A DNA stretch of 64,000 nt from Patescibacteria group bacterium. Lineage in GTDB: Bacteria > Patescibacteriota > Microgenomatia > UBA1400 > PJMF01. The first letter of the stretch is position 1, and each line of letters begins with the position of its first letter. This document shows, piece by piece, positions 61,877 to 64,000 of the stretch. The stretch covers positions 576,410-640,409 of the forward strand of contig JBMORP010000006.1 of assembly GCA_049322655.1 (NCBI GenBank), written 5' to 3'. Below the pieces are notes generated by a model. It saw only the letters and a program-made list of their open reading frames with translations. It made no database searches and was not told the origin of the DNA. Position numbers and translations under genes: made by a program.

Positions 61877-64000
61877 TTAATCGATTTTTACACCCTCCAT
61901 TTTTAGTCCTTCAAATCTAAAACTACCCGTACCAAGATCAACTACTGAAGTTGCACACCAGTCACCAGTACTACCATCATCAGCAAAACTGCGAACTCTG
62001 TATTGATAAGTATTGTCAGCACTAATATTTTCATCGCTATATGAGTTGACATTAGCTGAAGTCCGATCGACCAGCGTCCAGGTTGTCCCATTAATTCTTT
62101 TTTCGATTTCAAAACCCAACTCCCCAGTGGCTTTGTCAGTCCAATGCAAGGTAATTTGGTCATCATGAGGAGATTCTTCTAAGTAACAATTGCCAGTACT
62201 GGTGGTTGAGCCATCAAAACCGTCAGCGGTAACTGAGGATAAAGATCCAGAAATAAGAGTGTCGGTAGCGGTAAAAATAGTGCGATATTGGACGTAACGA
62301 TTGCCAGTGGTAGAAGTAATCGCAGAACTCAAAGGAGTAGTTAGATAATCAGTGGCAGCTTTAATATCATCCAGCCAAATAGTTCTACCTTCGTGGCCAT
62401 TGGTTAATCTAAAGGTTAATAATGAAGCAGTATTACGGTGTTCTGGTTTACTACCAGTTAGGTCAAAAAACTCTCGTTGCCACTTAAAGACTTCAGCATT
62501 AGCCGTGAAGCCACCTGCAGGGAAAGTGCCACCACTATCCCAGGCTGAAACAGTTACAGCGCCAGTTGAAGCATTCACAGAGTCAACTGTGCCTTGAGCA
62601 ATATATTCTGTGCCATCATAGTTTTCCCGAACAATAATTTTGTCACCCAAATAAAGGTTGCTACCTTTGTTACTCAGACCGTAAACAGTAGCATCAACAA
62701 TAAAGGAAGTATCGCCAGCACCAGTGATTAAGTTACCACTATCTAGCGAGGCGCCAAAATCAATCGTGACAGAGTGAGTGCGTTTACCGATGTCATAAGC
62801 TTGACGAATTTCTTCGGCAGATCTTGCTACATTAGAGATTCTTAGCTCATCGATAAAACCCTGCCAAGAAGCAACCTGAAGGGATAGAGTTTTGCTTTCT
62901 TTAGTAAAAGTTCCAGCTGTGTTGTCTGCAGCAATTAGCACTCCATTTCGGTATATTTTTTGGCCAACCCCATTCTCTGAAACAAACGCCCAGTGAGCCC
63001 ACTGCTGATACCAGCCAGCATCGAAAGGTGTAGAAAGTCGACCAACATTGTTTATATCACCATAGTCCCAATATAAATAACCATTACTCCATGGTAAATG
63101 AATATTCAGACGGTTGGTTGTTACATCTGGAGTAGCATACATGAGAGTGGTATTGACGGGGGTGCTAAAGTTTAGATAAGCCCAAAAATCAACTGTAATA
63201 CTAGCTCCATCTAATCCATTTAAAGTGGCACCAGTGTTGTATTGAGAAGTAGTGTAGCCATTAGCTTTACCAACGACACCTTCTACTGTGCTGTTAATTG
63301 TTCCTCCGGTAAAGTTATTACTATTTCCAGAAGAATCTCTTGGAACGACCCCAGAACCATTAATTTCTTCGAAGCGATAAAGACTGATAGTATTTTTATC
63401 TGGCTGGTAATTAGCAAAAGCCGACTCACCAATTGTTGCTGCCAAATAAGTGCCCGGTCGATCAGCCGCCACATAAAAAGGTAAGGTAGATTTATTGGCT
63501 AAATCCTGAGGAGTGGCTAGTTGGTAGTTGAGATAATGATCACGGCCATTTCTATAGTTTTCGGCAATTTCTGCAGCAGAGCGGGCAACATTAGAGATGC
63601 GAACCTCATCGATAGCGCCACCAAAAAATGAGTTTCCACCGCTAGCTGTAGCCCCTATATTTAAAAGATTAGTTTGAATTGAAGCCGTTCCTACTGATAA
63701 AGTGACGGCTGAGCCGCCATCGAAGTAGCCCCTAGCTACACTCCCATTCCAGGTCACTGCTACATGGTGCCATTTGTTATCAGTAGCGCCGTTGGTTTGC
63801 AGGGTAGAGTTAGTTCCTCGTAAGACTGTGCTAATTCCTCCGGTGGTATTGACGAAAACAGCAAAAGTTGCAGCACCACCTGTGCCACCACCACGACCCA
63901 CAATCATCTGATTTGCCGCAGTACTAGCTGAATTTTTGTACCAAGCCTCCACCGTCCATGATTGAGTGTTGTCGGCAAACAGAGGAATAACAGTATGATC
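61877..64000 (-). CDS. large surface protein with two LamG-like (concanavalin-A-like lectin) domains and a C-terminal FN3-like domain; N-terminus lies beyond the window
   Basis: Repeated GGAIDEVRISNVARSAAEIAENY / GFIDELRISNVARSAEEIRQAY motifs typical of LamG/Laminin_G_3; C-terminal YQYRVRSFADDGSTGDWC is FN3-like. The reading frame is open to position 64000. Confidence 0.55.
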   Translation of the reverse strand, partial: DHTVIPLFADNTQSWTVEAWYKNSASTAANQMIVGRGGGTGGAATFAVFVNTTGGISTVLRGTNSTLQTNGATDNKWHHVAVTWNGSVARGYFDGGSAVTLSVGTASIQTNLLNIGATASGGNSFFGGAIDEVRISNVARSAAEIAENYRNGRDHYLNYQLATPQDLANKSTLPFYVAADRPGTYLAATIGESAFANYQPDKNTISLYRFEEINGSGVVPRDSSGNSNNFTGGTINSTVEGVVGKANGYTTSQYNTGATLNGLDGASITVDFWAYLNFSTPVNTTLMYATPDVTTNRLNIHLPWSNGYLYWDYGDINNVGRLSTPFDAGWYQQWAHWAFVSENGVGQKIYRNGVLIAADNTAGTFTKESKTLSLQVASWQGFIDELRISNVARSAEEIRQAYDIGKRTHSVTIDFGASLDSGNLITGAGDTSFIVDATVYGLSNKGSNLYLGDKIIVRENYDGTEYIAQGTVDSVNASTGAVTVSAWDSGGTFPAGGFTANAEVFKWQREFFDLTGSKPEHRNTASLLTFRLTNGHEGRTIWLDDIKAATDYLTTPLSSAITSTTGNRYVQYRTIFTATDTLISGSLSSVTADGFDGSTTSTGNCYLEESPHDDQITLHWTDKATGELGFEIEKRINGTTWTLVDRTSANVNSYSDENISADNTYQYRVRSFADDGSTGDWCATSVVDLGTGSFRFEGLKMEGVKID

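Noticed and set aside
1-64000. tRNA, rRNA and CRISPR arrays
   Set aside because: Scanning intergenic regions found no GTTCGA/GTTCAA T-loop with an acceptor-stem context, no rRNA-like conserved blocks, and no regularly spaced direct repeats of 25-40 nt.

Overview
This is an AT-rich (~35% GC) bacterial window that spans a chromosomal origin region and looks like a Candidate Phyla Radiation / Patescibacteria (Saccharibacteria-like) genome: small genes, leaderless starts, type IV pilins, few metabolic genes. On the minus strand, dnaA-dnaN-rpmH-rnpA-yidD-yidC-jag-rnhA run co-directionally. A DnaA-box cluster sits in the dnaA-dnaN spacer. Housekeeping genes are uppS, valS, bL25, rho, obg, radA, a yvcK-like gene and a HAD hydrolase. 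Most of the window is envelope and secretion content. There is a tandem array of at least seven small TrbC/VirB2-like pilin paralogs at 1-2681, two more at 35353-37006, and one of those is fused to a large Cys-rich ectodomain. A VirB4-like ATPase and five co-directional membrane or secreted genes, including an 1189-aa protein ending in an M23 peptidase domain, lie immediately upstream of dnaA. Further elements are a VirB6/TrbL-like polytopic protein, a VirD4/TraD-like ATPase, a sortase, a second LysM-M23 peptidase, SpoIID- and VanW-domain proteins, three type IV prepilins and a giant LamG/FN3 surface protein. The most unusual region is a roughly 2-kb gene-poor island at 49786-51820. It holds a predicted small RNA and two tandem units bounded by perfect inverted repeats (TTAACATGGG(G) ... 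(C)CCCATGTTAA). The two units share the same non-coding layout but carry unrelated small ORFs, and the second ORF is about 60% GC in a ~35% GC genome. A conserved ~47-nt G-rich intergenic motif (TTGTCAG-N9-TGAGAYRCTYACCCACGGGGKRAAGGGG) recurs four times with two degenerate copies. No tRNA, rRNA or CRISPR was found, and no tmRNA could be identified.
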